Positions 29,788 to 39,544 of a DNA stretch of 64,000 nucleotides are shown piece by piece. The notes beneath the pieces were generated by a model that saw only the letters and a list, made by a program, of their open reading frames with translations, was not told where the DNA came from and did no database searches. The position numbers and the translations under genes were made by a program. The DNA comes from an uncultured Actinomycetota bacterium (GTDB lineage Bacteria; Actinomycetota; Actinomycetes; Propionibacteriales; Nocardioidaceae): NCBI GenBank assembly GCA_963790145.1, contig CAWBNN010000002.1, forward strand, positions 136,444 to 200,443. The letters run 5' to 3'. How positions within the stretch are numbered: the first letter of the stretch is position 1; every line of letters starts with the position of its first letter.

Positions 29788-30603
29788 GTGCTTCGTATCG
29801 CCACCGTCAACGTCAACGGCATCCGCGCCGCCCACAACAAGACCCGAGGTCAGACCCTCGGATTCGGTGACTGGCTCGCCGAGCGGGGCGCCGACATCGT
29901 GACGCTGCAAGAAGTCCGGGCGCCCGACGCGATCGTGCATGAGATCACCGCAGATGCCGGCTATCACGTCGTCCACGCCGAGGCCGCTGCCAAGGGCCGC
30001 GCCGGCGTCGCCGTGCTGAGCCGCGCCGAGCCCAAGGACTTCCGCATCGGCAACGGTGACGACTACTTCCACGACTCCGGCCGCTGGATCGAGGCCGACA
30101 TCCCACTGCCTGACGGATCGATCCTGACCACCGTGTCGGCCTACGTCCACTCCGGCGAGGCCGGCACTCCACGCCAGGACGACAAGTACCGCTTCCTCGA
30201 GCAGATGGCCGTACGCCTGGCCGAGATCCGCGCGAGCGGCAACCACGGCGTCGTCACGGGTGACCTCAACGTGGGCCACACCGAGCGCGACATCCGCAAC
30301 TGGAAGGGCAACGTCAAGAAGGCCGGCTTCCTGCCCGAGGAGCGCGCCTACTTCGACCGCTACTTCGGCGAGCTCGGCTGGGTCGACGTGCACCGGTCCC
30401 TCGCCGGCGACGTCGACGGGCCCTACACGTGGTGGTCGATGCGCGGTCAGGCATACGACACCGACACGGGTTGGCGCATCGACTACCAGATCGCGACGCC
30501 CGAGCTGGCCGGCGTGGCACGCGAGGCCGTGGTCGACCGCGCACCCAGCTGGGCCGAGCGCTGGTCCGATCACGCGCCGCTGGTCATCGACTACGACCTC
30601 TGA
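29788..30603 (+). CDS. xthA: Exodeoxyribonuclease III
   Basis: NVNGIRA, LQEVR, GDLNVGH, YTWWS, GWRIDY, SDHAP. Confidence 0.96.
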   Translation: MLRIATVNVNGIRAAHNKTRGQTLGFGDWLAERGADIVTLQEVRAPDAIVHEITADAGYHVVHAEAAAKGRAGVAVLSRAEPKDFRIGNGDDYFHDSGRWIEADIPLPDGSILTTVSAYVHSGEAGTPRQDDKYRFLEQMAVRLAEIRASGNHGVVTGDLNVGHTERDIRNWKGNVKKAGFLPEERAYFDRYFGELGWVDVHRSLAGDVDGPYTWWSMRGQAYDTDTGWRIDYQIATPELAGVAREAVVDRAPSWAERWSDHAPLVIDYDL

Positions 30604-30604
30604 G

Positions 30605-31819
30605 ATGACCGCCCCGCTCGCTCGACGACTCGGCCTCGTCGGGTCGGTCGCGGTCGGCATGAGCGCCATGGTTGGTGCGGGCCTGTTCGTGGTGTTCCCG
30701 CCGGCCGTGTCGGCCGCAGGCGACGCGTTGCTCGTTGCGCTCGGCCTCGCTGCCATCGTGGCGGCCTGCAACGCCATCTCGTCGGCCCGACTCGCCCGTC
30801 GCCACCCGGTGGCCGGCGGCACCTACGTCTACGGGCGCAAGCAGCTGGGGCCATGGTGGGGCTATCTGGCCGGCTGGTCGTTCATCGCCGGCAAGATCGC
30901 CTCGTGTGCCGCCATGTCGTTCGCTCTGGGTAGCTATCTGTGGCCTGAGCACGCGCGACTCGGCGCACTCGCCGCGGTCGTCGTGTTCACGGCGATCAAC
31001 CTCGCCGGCGTCGAGAAATCCGCTGCCGTGAGCCTCCCGCTCGTCGCCGGGGTCGTCACGATCGTCGTGATCGCGGTGGTCGTCATGTTCTCCGGGGCCG
31101 GAACCTCCAACCCGGATCTGCCCTCGACGTCGGGCGGCGTCCTCGAGGCCGCAGGACTCCTGTTCTTCGCCTTCGCCGGCTACGCCCGACTCGCCACCCT
31201 CGGCGAGGAGGTGCGCGATCCGGCTCGTACGATCCCTCGCGCCATCGCCGTGACCTTCGTCCTCGTCCTTGGCCTCTACGCGGCCGCGGCGCTCGCGCTC
31301 GTCCATGTGCTGGGCAGTCCCGGTCTTGCCAGTTCGGTACGCCCGTTCGTCGCCGGCGTCGAGGCAGCCAACGCCGCCGCCTTGGTCCCGTGGGTGGTGG
31401 CCGCTGCCGCGCTGGCCGCCGGCGGGGCACTCCTGTCGTTGATGCTGGGCGTCTCCCGGACTGTCCTGGCGATGGCGCGAGACGGGCACCTGCCCGTTCA
31501 GCTCGCCTCGGTGAGCACTCGCACCAGGGTCCCGCATCTCGCCGAGCTCACGGTGGGGGCGGTCGTGGCAGCGTTGGTATGCCTGGGCGACCTCGTCACC
31601 AGTGTCGCGTTCTCGTCGTTCTGCGTGCTCGTCTACTACGCGATCGCCAACGCATCAGCCTGGACGCTCAGCGGCGCACTCGTGTCGCGAGTCATCTCCG
31701 GTCTCGGTCTCGCCGGGTGCACGGTGCTCGCGTTGAGCCTCCCGCCCTCGACGATCCTCGTCGGCATGATCGTCGTGGCGGTCGGTGCCGCGCTCTACGC
31801 GCTGCGGGCCAGAGCATGA
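30605..31819 (+). CDS. APC family amino acid permease
   Basis: MVGAGLF, PVAGGTYVYG, FFAFAGYARLATLGEEV. Confidence 0.92.
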   Translation: MTAPLARRLGLVGSVAVGMSAMVGAGLFVVFPPAVSAAGDALLVALGLAAIVAACNAISSARLARRHPVAGGTYVYGRKQLGPWWGYLAGWSFIAGKIASCAAMSFALGSYLWPEHARLGALAAVVVFTAINLAGVEKSAAVSLPLVAGVVTIVVIAVVVMFSGAGTSNPDLPSTSGGVLEAAGLLFFAFAGYARLATLGEEVRDPARTIPRAIAVTFVLVLGLYAAAALALVHVLGSPGLASSVRPFVAGVEAANAAALVPWVVAAAALAAGGALLSLMLGVSRTVLAMARDGHLPVQLASVSTRTRVPHLAELTVGAVVAALVCLGDLVTSVAFSSFCVLVYYAIANASAWTLSGALVSRVISGLGLAGCTVLALSLPPSTILVGMIVVAVGAALYALRARA

Positions 31820-31871
31820 ACACAAGTGACAGAAGTTGAACGTTACATAACCCAGGGATATTCTTGGTTGC

Positions 31872-32291
31872 ATGGCGCAACATGACCTCGACGACCTGGC
31901 TCGTGGACTCCGTGAGTTCGCGGGCCGCCTCCTGGGCTCGAGCCGCACCGCGTCGCTGAGCCGTTCGGCCGCGTCGGCGCTCTCGTGGCTCGCACGCGAT
32001 GGCGCCATGCGGATCACGACCCTGGCCGAGCGCGAGGCCGTCACGCAGCCCGCCATGACCGGGCTCGTGCAGCGCCTGGAAGCCAGCGGGCTGGCGACTC
32101 GCCGGTCCGACGCTCGTGACGGCCGCGTGGCGCTGATCGAGATCACCCCTCTGGGTCGCCGGACCTTGGAACTGCGCCGAGCCGAGCAGGACGCCGCCAT
32201 CGTCGAACAGCTCGCAGAGCTGTCCCCCGACGAGCTCGCGGCCCTCCATGCAGCCCTGCCGGCACTGTCGAACGTCACCGGACGATCCTGA
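31872..32291 (+). CDS. MarR family regulator
   Basis: LAEREAVTQPAMT.LV.RLE..GL..R..D..DGR. Confidence 0.9.
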   Translation: MAQHDLDDLARGLREFAGRLLGSSRTASLSRSAASALSWLARDGAMRITTLAEREAVTQPAMTGLVQRLEASGLATRRSDARDGRVALIEITPLGRRTLELRRAEQDAAIVEQLAELSPDELAALHAALPALSNVTGRS

Positions 32292-32318
32292 CGGGGAGAT
32301 CTCCGCGCCAATGCGGAA

Positions 32319-32358
32319 GCCCGGGCCGGCGACACGTTGCTGCGTCGCCGACCCGGGC
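32319..32358. terminator. Hairpin between convergent genes
   Basis: GCCCGGGCCGGCGAC ... GTCGCCGACCCGGGC. Confidence 0.6.
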
Positions 32359-32366
32359 CTCTCAGG

Positions 32367-34754
32367 TCAGTTGAACTTGACCTTCAGCGACGTCCCCTTC
32401 TCCTCGAGGACTCGCACCTTGACGCCGGCCGCCGGAAGCTTGACGCCGTGGTTCGGCAGCTCCGCGTACCAGTACTTCTTGGTGTCGTCGAACAGCGGCT
32501 TCGCGCTCTGACCGCGGATGTAGCTGGGCACACCGTTGGTGTGCAGCGTCATCGAGTCGGCCTTGTGCAGCGAGAACGGCGCGTCATACACCTGGATCCG
32601 CGCGCGCCACGGTGCGCCCGTCGCGATGTTGATGATCGGCTCCGGGTTGGCGTCGATCGGCAGGTTGCGACCCGAGCCGGGGTGCAGGCTCGTGTTGTTG
32701 TCCTGCATCGAGGTGTCCCAGTACGAGATCAGCAGGCCGTGGCCGTACTTGTAGTGCTCGACCCAGTCCGGCTTGGTGTTGGCGAAGCCGAAGTTGTACG
32801 GACCGGTCAACAGGTACTTGTCGAAGGACACGTACGAGCGGTGTCCCATGACGTAGTAGTTGTCGAACTGGCGCGTCGTCGTGGCTCCCAGTCGCGAGAA
32901 CCCGTCGAGGGCGAACACGGTCGCGCCGTCCTCGGCGCCATCGGTGAGCAGGGTCTCAGCGCCGGCCTTGACCGCGACGTCGTCGACGTAGAGACCGGGC
33001 TTGGCCAGACCACCATCGGTCTTGTAGAAGAACCGCACCTTGATCTTCTGCCCGTCGTACGCGCCGAGCGGCACGTTGAGATCGGCCCAGGCCTCCTGCT
33101 TGCCGTCGATGCCGGGTCGACCCGAGGTGTCATCGCCGATGGGCGTTCCGTTGATCGTGCCGTCGAGCGACGTCCAGTTGGCTCCGCCATCCGTGGACGC
33201 CTGGACGTACGCGAAGTCGTAGGCCTCCTCGATGTCGTAGCGAATCTTGGCCGTCAGCTCTGCCGCCGACTTGCCGGTGAGATCGACGTCGGCCGTCATC
33301 GAGTTGGCCAGGTCGTCACCGGAACCGGAGTGGAACTGCTTCGTCCCGGAGGCCGGTGCACCGTTGTCGCTGGTCACGTTCTTCTTGGGCAGCACCACGA
33401 CCGCGCCCTGGGCCTTCTTGGTGTTGTACTCCTGGGGACCCATCGCGACGGTCTTCTTCTGGTGTGTGCTCAGTGCTTCGTAGTCGAGCCAGCCGAGCTG
33501 CAGCTTCTCCCACGCGCCGAGGTCGCCCGGGCGGGTGCCGAGCGGCTCACCCTTGCCGTTGAGGCGGCTCTGGGCCATCAAGGTCCAGTACTCGTTGGAG
33601 TTGTCCCCGCCGCCCTCCGTCGCGTACGCGTCCGGCAGACCGAGGTCGTGGCCGTACTCGTGCACGAAGACCGACAGGCCACCGTTCTCGGGCTGGACCG
33701 TGTAGTCGCCGACCCAGATGCCGCTGCTGCCGATCTGGGTGCCGCCGAGCTTGTTGTCGGCCGGACCGGTCACACCGGCGTCGGTCAGGAAGGCGTACCA
33801 GCGGTGTGACCAGATGGCGTCCTCACCCTGCTGCGGGTCACCGTCGGCCTCGTCACCACCGGCGTGCACGATCTGGAAGTGGTCGATGTAGCCGTCGGCC
33901 TCGTTGAAGTCGCCGTCGCCGTCGAAGTCGTAGCGGTCGTACTTGTCGTACTCCTGCAGCCCCGCCTTGATCTGCGCGTCGGTCTTGCCCGCGGCCTTCT
34001 GGTCGGCGACCCATTGCGTCACGGCGTCCTGGATGAGGTTCCAGGTGGTCGAGTCCTCGCGGCCGTAGCGTGCCTCGTTGTAGGGCACCTTGACCCAGTC
34101 CGAGACGGTGCCGTCGACCGAGTAGCGGCCCGACGACTGGGTCTCGTAGTAGGTCTTGACCGAGTCGCCCTTCGTCTTGAAGTAGAGGTCCTGGTAGTGC
34201 TGGCGGTTGTAGTCGGACTGCCAGACCGTGGAGTTGTCCTTGGTGCGGTCGGGCTCGGGGATCTTGTTGTGGAGCGGGCCCTCGAACGTCGTCGGTCCGG
34301 GGGTGTCCGGATCGGTGTCCACATCGGGGAAGTCGGGGTGACGCTGGTTGCCGAACTCCGCAAGGATCACGAAGATCTTGTCGGCGCGCTCCTGGGAGAG
34401 CTCGACGTACTGGTCCCGCTGCTTGGCGCCGCTGCGGGCCTTGAAGTCCTTGCGGAACTTCTTGTTGCCCTTGCGTGCGGCCTCCTCCGGGCTCGCGCCC
34501 TTGCCGACCTTGACGACGGTGCTGCCGTCCTTCTGCACCGGCTTGAGGTCCCCGTCGAGCACGCCGGTGATGGCGGCTTCACGCAGCGCCCGACGCTTGT
34601 CCTCGAGCGGGTTGGGCAGCTCGTCGTGCTTGCTGCTGGCGCGGTCGCTGTCGGCGATTGGTGGTGATGCGGATGCGGAGCCGGGTGCGGCATATGCCGT
34701 CCCGAATGCTGCCGCGAGTGCGAGGCCTACGAGGCCTGAGGTCACACGCTTCAC
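32367..34754 (-). CDS. inhA: Immune inhibitor A-like M6 metalloprotease, secreted
   Basis: Signal peptide, HAGGDEA, IWSHRW, HEYGHDLGLPD. Confidence 0.93.
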   Translation of the reverse strand: MKRVTSGLVGLALAAAFGTAYAAPGSASASPPIADSDRASSKHDELPNPLEDKRRALREAAITGVLDGDLKPVQKDGSTVVKVGKGASPEEAARKGNKKFRKDFKARSGAKQRDQYVELSQERADKIFVILAEFGNQRHPDFPDVDTDPDTPGPTTFEGPLHNKIPEPDRTKDNSTVWQSDYNRQHYQDLYFKTKGDSVKTYYETQSSGRYSVDGTVSDWVKVPYNEARYGREDSTTWNLIQDAVTQWVADQKAAGKTDAQIKAGLQEYDKYDRYDFDGDGDFNEADGYIDHFQIVHAGGDEADGDPQQGEDAIWSHRWYAFLTDAGVTGPADNKLGGTQIGSSGIWVGDYTVQPENGGLSVFVHEYGHDLGLPDAYATEGGGDNSNEYWTLMAQSRLNGKGEPLGTRPGDLGAWEKLQLGWLDYEALSTHQKKTVAMGPQEYNTKKAQGAVVVLPKKNVTSDNGAPASGTKQFHSGSGDDLANSMTADVDLTGKSAAELTAKIRYDIEEAYDFAYVQASTDGGANWTSLDGTINGTPIGDDTSGRPGIDGKQEAWADLNVPLGAYDGQKIKVRFFYKTDGGLAKPGLYVDDVAVKAGAETLLTDGAEDGATVFALDGFSRLGATTTRQFDNYYVMGHRSYVSFDKYLLTGPYNFGFANTKPDWVEHYKYGHGLLISYWDTSMQDNNTSLHPGSGRNLPIDANPEPIINIATGAPWRARIQVYDAPFSLHKADSMTLHTNGVPSYIRGQSAKPLFDDTKKYWYAELPNHGVKLPAAGVKVRVLEEKGTSLKVKFN

Positions 34755-35009
34755 TGATCCCCCTGTTTTCCATTTCGATGAGCAGCCGAGCGGATTGCCA
34801 GGCCTGCCGTGCGTACGCCCTCGTGAGGCGGACGCGACACAACGGAGTCAACTTAGGGAACTTTCAGGATGAAAGGCAGTCTTGACATTTAGCCCGGAGT
34901 GACTATATGGCCTGGTTCTTAGTGACTAGTCGCAGCGCTGGGGCTCTTGACGATTTACGCTCACCCACCAAGCCCGCATGTCCTATCGTGTGGGTGGGAG
35001 GGAGACCCT

Positions 35010-35462
35010 ATGAAGAAGATGCTGAACCCACGCGTGCTCGCGGGGGCCCTGATGGTGATGCTGATCCTGACGTTCACACCGGCGTCGGCGTTGACGTCGA
35101 CGACGTACGAGAAGGACGTCATCACGTGGACCAACACCAAGCGGGCAGACAAGAAGCTGGTTGCGGTGCAGTCCCAGTCGTGCGTTGACGGGTATGCCGA
35201 GAAGCAGGCTTCGTGGCTCGCCAAGAACCGAAAGCTCGAGCACCAGAACCTGCGGACCATCCTCAAGGCGTGCAAGCTCACGAGCGTCTCGGAGAACATC
35301 GCGTACGGCTATGGGAGTGGCCGCGATGTCGTGAATGCCTGGATGAATTCGCCCGGACACAAGGCCAATCTGCTCAGTTCCAAGATGCGCCTGATCGGCG
35401 TCGGTGCTGTTCAGGACAAGAACGGCGTGTGGTGGGTCTCGCAGGTGTTCGGCAAGAAGTAG
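35010..35462 (+). CDS. Secreted CAP (SCP) domain protein
   Basis: ENIAYG, WMNSPGHKANLL, GVG. Confidence 0.9.
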   Translation: MKKMLNPRVLAGALMVMLILTFTPASALTSTTYEKDVITWTNTKRADKKLVAVQSQSCVDGYAEKQASWLAKNRKLEHQNLRTILKACKLTSVSENIAYGYGSGRDVVNAWMNSPGHKANLLSSKMRLIGVGAVQDKNGVWWVSQVFGKK

Positions 35463-35468
35463 CAAAAT

Positions 35469-35504
35469 TTCCGGGTCGTGAATTTTTGAATTCACGACCC
35501 GGAA
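35469..35504 (+). terminator. Intrinsic terminator hairpin
   Basis: TTCCGGGTCGTGAATT / AATTCACGACCCGGAA. Confidence 0.75.
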
Positions 35505-35532
35505 GTCTTTCCCTTTGGGCTCGGCCGTGCTC

Positions 35533-35675
35533 TAGGCTGTTCGGCAGTTGCACGACGTTGGGCCGTAAGAATGAATGAGTTCCTCTCGGGGTGTCTAGTT
35601 CTTCTCGAAGGTTGGATGTACGTCGCGACAGTCATTCGCGAAGGTCGTGGATGAACTCGCCAAGAGGAGTTAGAC
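35533..35675 (+). promoter_or_regulatory. csp -10 element and long 5' UTR (cold-responsive leader likely)
   Basis: TAGGCT at 35533; ~130-nt untranslated leader with AGAGGAG RBS. Confidence 0.5.
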
Positions 35676-35879
35676 ATGGCAACAGGAACCGTCAAGTGGT
35701 TCAACGCTGACAAGGGCTTCGGCTTCATCGCCCCCGACGACGGCAGCGAGGACGTGTTCGCGCACTTCAGCGCGATCCAGTCGAGCGGCTACCGCTCGCT
35801 GAACGAGAACCAGAAGGTCGAGTTCGACGTCGAGCAGGGCCAGAAGGGCCTGCAGGCCGCGAATATCCGCCCCCTGTAA
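35676..35879 (+). CDS. cspA: Cold-shock protein
   Basis: [22 protein letters not shown]. Confidence 0.97.
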   Translation: MATGTVKWFNADKGFGFIAPDDGSEDVFAHFSAIQSSGYRSLNENQKVEFDVEQGQKGLQAANIRPL

Positions 35880-35899
35880 GCAGCACGCCAGCTACAACT

Positions 35900-35933
35900 C
35901 AGAACGCCACGACCCTGGGGTCGTGGCGTTCTG
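35900..35933. terminator. Terminator hairpin after cspA
   Basis: CAGAACGCCACGACCC-tg-GGGTCGTGGCGTTCTG. Confidence 0.8.
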
Positions 35934-35952
35934 CTGTGTGCTGGAGGAACTT

Positions 35953-36129
35953 TCAGAGGTGACCGCACTCGTCCCACGCGTGGCGGCCGTACTCGGCGCT
36001 CGGCGCATTCTCGAGATAGCTCATGTCAGCGTCGGGCTTGGCGTGCCGGGGCGCCAGGCGGTGGGCCGGAAAGCGGGCCGAGGCCGCAGCGATCTGCGTC
36101 GCGTCGATCTCGAACGTGGACTCGTCCAT
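35953..36129 (-). CDS. 58-aa small protein absent from the ORF track
   Basis: GAGGAGAG RBS; MDESTFEIDATQIAAASARFPAHRLAPRHAKPDADMSYLENAPSAEYGRHAWDECGHL; stop next to the shared terminator. Confidence 0.6.
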   Translation of the reverse strand: MDESTFEIDATQIAAASARFPAHRLAPRHAKPDADMSYLENAPSAEYGRHAWDECGHL

Positions 36130-36156
36130 GGGGCTCTCCTCTACTCACGGCCGTTG

Positions 36157-36176
36157 ACATGAGGTTAACCTCATGT
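36157..36176. promoter_or_regulatory. Perfect 20-bp palindrome, candidate operator
   Basis: ACATGAGGTTAACCTCATGT. Confidence 0.55.
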
Positions 36177-36210
36177 TTGATCGTGGGGTAACCCTTACCG
36201 AGCGGTAGTT

Positions 36211-37314
36211 TCAGAGGGTCACGCGGAAGATCCGGTCGTCGTCCTTGCGCAGGTCGCCGCGGCCGTCGGTGTTGCTGGTCGCCACCCACAGCGCACCGTC
36301 CGGCGCTGTCGCCACGGTGCGGATTCGACCGTGTTCTCCGCCGAAGTATGCCTTGGGCTTGCCCACGTCCTCGCCGTCGAGGGGCACGGCGAACAGGCAC
36401 TCGCCCTGCAGGGCGGCGACGAAGGCGGTCGATCGGGTGACCGCGACTCCAGCCGGCGAGCACTCGTCGGTGCCCCACGTGACCTTCGGGTTGATGAAGT
36501 CCTTGTTGTCGGACCTGCCCTCGGCCGCCGGCCATCCGTAGTTGCCGCCGCGCTCGATGAGATTGAGCTCATCGGCGGACCGCTCGCCGAACTCGCTGGC
36601 CCACAGCCGACCGTCGGCGTCGTAGGCAAGGCCCTCGATGTTGCGATGGCCGTAGGACCACGTGCGGTTGCCGAACGGGTTTCCGGGGGCTGCCTTGCCG
36701 TCCTGGGTGATGCGCAGGATCTTGCCGTTGAGCGAGTTCCTGTTTCGCGCCAGCGCACCGTCGCCCGCGTCGCCCGTGGAGACGAACAGGTGCCCATCGG
36801 GGTCAAACAGGAGGCGTCCGCCGTGGTGGCGCGACCCGACCGTGATGTCGGTGAGGATGGGCTTTTGCGAGGAGATCGAGTCGCCGTCGAGTGTCAGGCG
36901 TACGACCCGGTCGTCCGAGCCTGTCGTGACGAACGCGAAGAGCGTGGATTCGTCATCGGGGGCCAAGGCCAGACCCAGCAGCCCACCCTCTCCCCCAGGC
37001 CTTCCGGAGGCACCGTTGACGTCGCCGACCTTGGTGACCTTGCCCGACGTCGAGATGCGGACGATCGACCCCTCGTCACGCTGGGAGACCAAGGCGTCGC
37101 CGTTCTCGAGGAACACGATGTCCCACGGCACGTTGAGTCCGGTGGCGATCGTCGAGGCGATCTTGGGATCGACGCCGGCAGCCGTCGTCTGCGTCGTGGT
37201 CGGGGTCTTCGACGGCGTTCGGGTCGGCGCGGGCTGGTCATCGTCGTTGCTGCAACCGATCAGGGTCGCGGCACCGATCGCTGCGAAACCGGTCAGCAGG
37301 GTTCGACGCTCCAT
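36211..37314 (-). CDS. PQQ-dependent sugar dehydrogenase (GSDH), Tat lipoprotein
   Basis: RRTLL + LIGC, GEGGLLG, HHGGRL, GKILR, YGHRN, GGNYGWP. Confidence 0.92.
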   Translation of the reverse strand: MERRTLLTGFAAIGAATLIGCSNDDDQPAPTRTPSKTPTTTQTTAAGVDPKIASTIATGLNVPWDIVFLENGDALVSQRDEGSIVRISTSGKVTKVGDVNGASGRPGGEGGLLGLALAPDDESTLFAFVTTGSDDRVVRLTLDGDSISSQKPILTDITVGSRHHGGRLLFDPDGHLFVSTGDAGDGALARNRNSLNGKILRITQDGKAAPGNPFGNRTWSYGHRNIEGLAYDADGRLWASEFGERSADELNLIERGGNYGWPAAEGRSDNKDFINPKVTWGTDECSPAGVAVTRSTAFVAALQGECLFAVPLDGEDVGKPKAYFGGEHGRIRTVATAPDGALWVATSNTDGRGDLRKDDDRIFRVTL

Positions 37315-37403
37315 GGGTCGATCATGCCGCGTCAGGCCTCAGTGCGACAGTCAGTCCGACCGCTCGACGTGAGAACTGGCCGCCGCGCCACTAATCTGAG
37401 GAG

Positions 37404-39077
37404 ATGCCTCCCCTGCTCGGCGGTCGTTACCGCCTCGACAAGTTGATCGGTGGCGGCGGTATGGGCGAGGTCTGGCAAGGGCACGACGAGGTGCTCGACC
37501 GGACCGTCGCGATCAAGATCATCCGACCCCATCTCGCCGACGACGAGAACGTGCGCGCGCGCCTCCGGGTCGAGGCTCAGCTCGCCGGCAAGCTGCACCA
37601 TCCGGGGATCGTCGACGTGTTCGACTACGGCGAGGACGAGGAGGACGGCAAGCCCGTCCCGTTCCTGGTCATGCCCCTGATCGACGGTGCTCCGTTGTCA
37701 GCCCTGCTGGCCGAGCGTGGTTCGCTGTCGACCGGCGAGACGATGGCGATCGTGGCTGCGATCGCCTCCGCACTGCAGGTGGCCCACGACGCCGGCATCG
37801 TCCACCGCGATCTCAAGCCGGGCAACATCTTGGTCACGCCCGACGGCCGCGTGATGCTCGTGGACTTCGGCATCGCCCACGCAGCAGGCGGGGAGCCGCT
37901 GACCCAGACCGGTGCGCTGATCGGCACGGCGGACTACCTCAGCCCGGAGCAGGCTGCCGGTCGTACGGCGACGCCGGCCTCGGACCTCTACTCCCTCGGC
38001 GTCGTCGCCTACACCTGCCTGAGCGGCAACCTGCCGTTCCACCGCGACAGTGACATCGCGACCGCCTTGGCCCACATCCAGGACGACACGCCGGCGCTGC
38101 CGGAGACCGTGCCGGGGGAAGCCGGCGTCCTCGTCCGCGCTTTGCTGGCCAAGGACCCGGTGACGCGACCGGCTTCGGGCACCGCCGTCGCGCAGCATGC
38201 CAGCGCGCTCGCCACGTCGATACCACCGCCTCCGGGCCACGCCCCGGTCCTCAGCGGCGAGCCGACCATGCCTGACGCGGCAGCCGCGCCCGAGAACACG
38301 CTGCCGGGCATCGTCGAGCGTCCGGTGAGCGTCGGAGCGCCCGACACCGACGACCCACCGACACTCGCTGCTGCGCCGACCCGCGGCAGCGTCGTCGCCG
38401 CCGAGCACGAACAACGCAGGCGTCCGCGCCGGATGGCGCTGCTCAGCTCAGTCGTGATCGTGCTGATCGCTGCTGTGCTCGGCTGGATGTTGCTCGGCAG
38501 CGGAGCCGACACCGTGGTCGTGCCGAATGTCGACGGCAAGTCCCAGAGCGCCGCCACCAAGCAGCTCGAGGCCGCGGGGCTCACGGTCGAGGTGCGCAAG
38601 GTCGATGTTGCCAACGCCAAGGCCGGAGAGGTCGTGGGCCAGACGCCCGAGGCAGGCACCGAGGCCGACAAGGCCAGCGTCGTCACGTTGTCGGTGGCAA
38701 CGGGCAACGTACGCGTACCGGTCGACGACCTGGTCGGATCGACCTACGACGAGGCGGCGGCCGCGCTCGACAAGCTCGGGCTCAAGGCGGTCGCGAGGTT
38801 CGCGCCGTCCGACAAGGCCGCCGGCACCGTGATTGCCGTCGACCCGGACACGACGGCGAGGATCGGCTCGACCGTGACGCTGACCGTGGCCAGCGGCACC
38901 GCGGTCCAGGGACCCACCGACGACGACGACAAGGGCAACAAGGACGACAAGAAGGACAAGGACTCCAGCGGCAAGGGCGGTGGAAACGGGAACGGCAACG
39001 GCAACGGCGATGACGAGGAGGAGACAGAGCCGACGACTCCGCCGCCGACAACCGAGCCCCCCGCCGATGAGGGGTGA
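37404..39077 (+). CDS. Ser/Thr protein kinase with TM and two PASTA domains
   Basis: GGGGMG, VAIK, HRDLKPGN, DFG, YLSPE; VPNVDG PASTA repeats. Confidence 0.94.
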   Translation: MPPLLGGRYRLDKLIGGGGMGEVWQGHDEVLDRTVAIKIIRPHLADDENVRARLRVEAQLAGKLHHPGIVDVFDYGEDEEDGKPVPFLVMPLIDGAPLSALLAERGSLSTGETMAIVAAIASALQVAHDAGIVHRDLKPGNILVTPDGRVMLVDFGIAHAAGGEPLTQTGALIGTADYLSPEQAAGRTATPASDLYSLGVVAYTCLSGNLPFHRDSDIATALAHIQDDTPALPETVPGEAGVLVRALLAKDPVTRPASGTAVAQHASALATSIPPPPGHAPVLSGEPTMPDAAAAPENTLPGIVERPVSVGAPDTDDPPTLAAAPTRGSVVAAEHEQRRRPRRMALLSSVVIVLIAAVLGWMLLGSGADTVVVPNVDGKSQSAATKQLEAAGLTVEVRKVDVANAKAGEVVGQTPEAGTEADKASVVTLSVATGNVRVPVDDLVGSTYDEAAAALDKLGLKAVARFAPSDKAAGTVIAVDPDTTARIGSTVTLTVASGTAVQGPTDDDDKGNKDDKKDKDSSGKGGGNGNGNGNGDDEEETEPTTPPPTTEPPADEG

Positions 39078-39093
39078 GCCTCGGGCCACACCG

Positions 39094-39120
39094 GGAATGC
39101 TGGCCGCCGGCCCACCGTTG
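39094..39120 (+). promoter_or_regulatory. SigH/SigR-type promoter for thioredoxin
   Basis: GGAAT-N18-GTTG. Confidence 0.75.
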
Positions 39121-39156
39121 AACCCTGAGTACGGAGTTTTCCTATGAGAGGTAGTC

Positions 39157-39543
39157 ATGAGCACCGTCACCCTGACCAAAGACACCATTGACGACGTCAT
39201 CGGCGCTGAGGGCATCACCCTCGTCGACTGGTGGGCCGAGTGGTGCGGGCCGTGCAAGCAGTTCGGCCCGGTGTTCGAGGCCGCGAGCGAGCAGCACAGC
39301 GATGTCGTCTTCGGCAAGATCGACACCGAGGACCAGCGCGAGCTGGCCGCCGCCGCCCAGATCACGTCGATCCCGACGCTGATGGCGTTCCGCGACGGCA
39401 TCCTGGTGTTCTCGCAGCCCGGCGCCCTGCCTGCGGCCGGACTCGAGCAGATCATCACCGCCGTCAAGGACCTCGACATGGACGACGTGCGCCGTCAGAT
39501 TGCCGCCCAGGAGGCCGACGCCCCCGAGGCCAATCAGGCCTGA
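39157..39543 (+). CDS. trxA: Thioredoxin
   Basis: WCGPC, ITSIPTL. Confidence 0.95.
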   Translation: MSTVTLTKDTIDDVIGAEGITLVDWWAEWCGPCKQFGPVFEAASEQHSDVVFGKIDTEDQRELAAAAQITSIPTLMAFRDGILVFSQPGALPAAGLEQIITAVKDLDMDDVRRQIAAQEADAPEANQA

Positions 39544-39544
39544 G

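Noticed and set aside
34760-35009. Riboswitch in the inhA/CAP intergenic region (also 56700-56860 before gntP)
   Set aside because: No recognisable aptamer motif; consistent with divergent promoters
35923-36162. 79-aa plus-strand ORF after cspA
   Set aside because: Starts inside the terminator; the opposite-strand 58-aa ORF has the RBS and better codon usage
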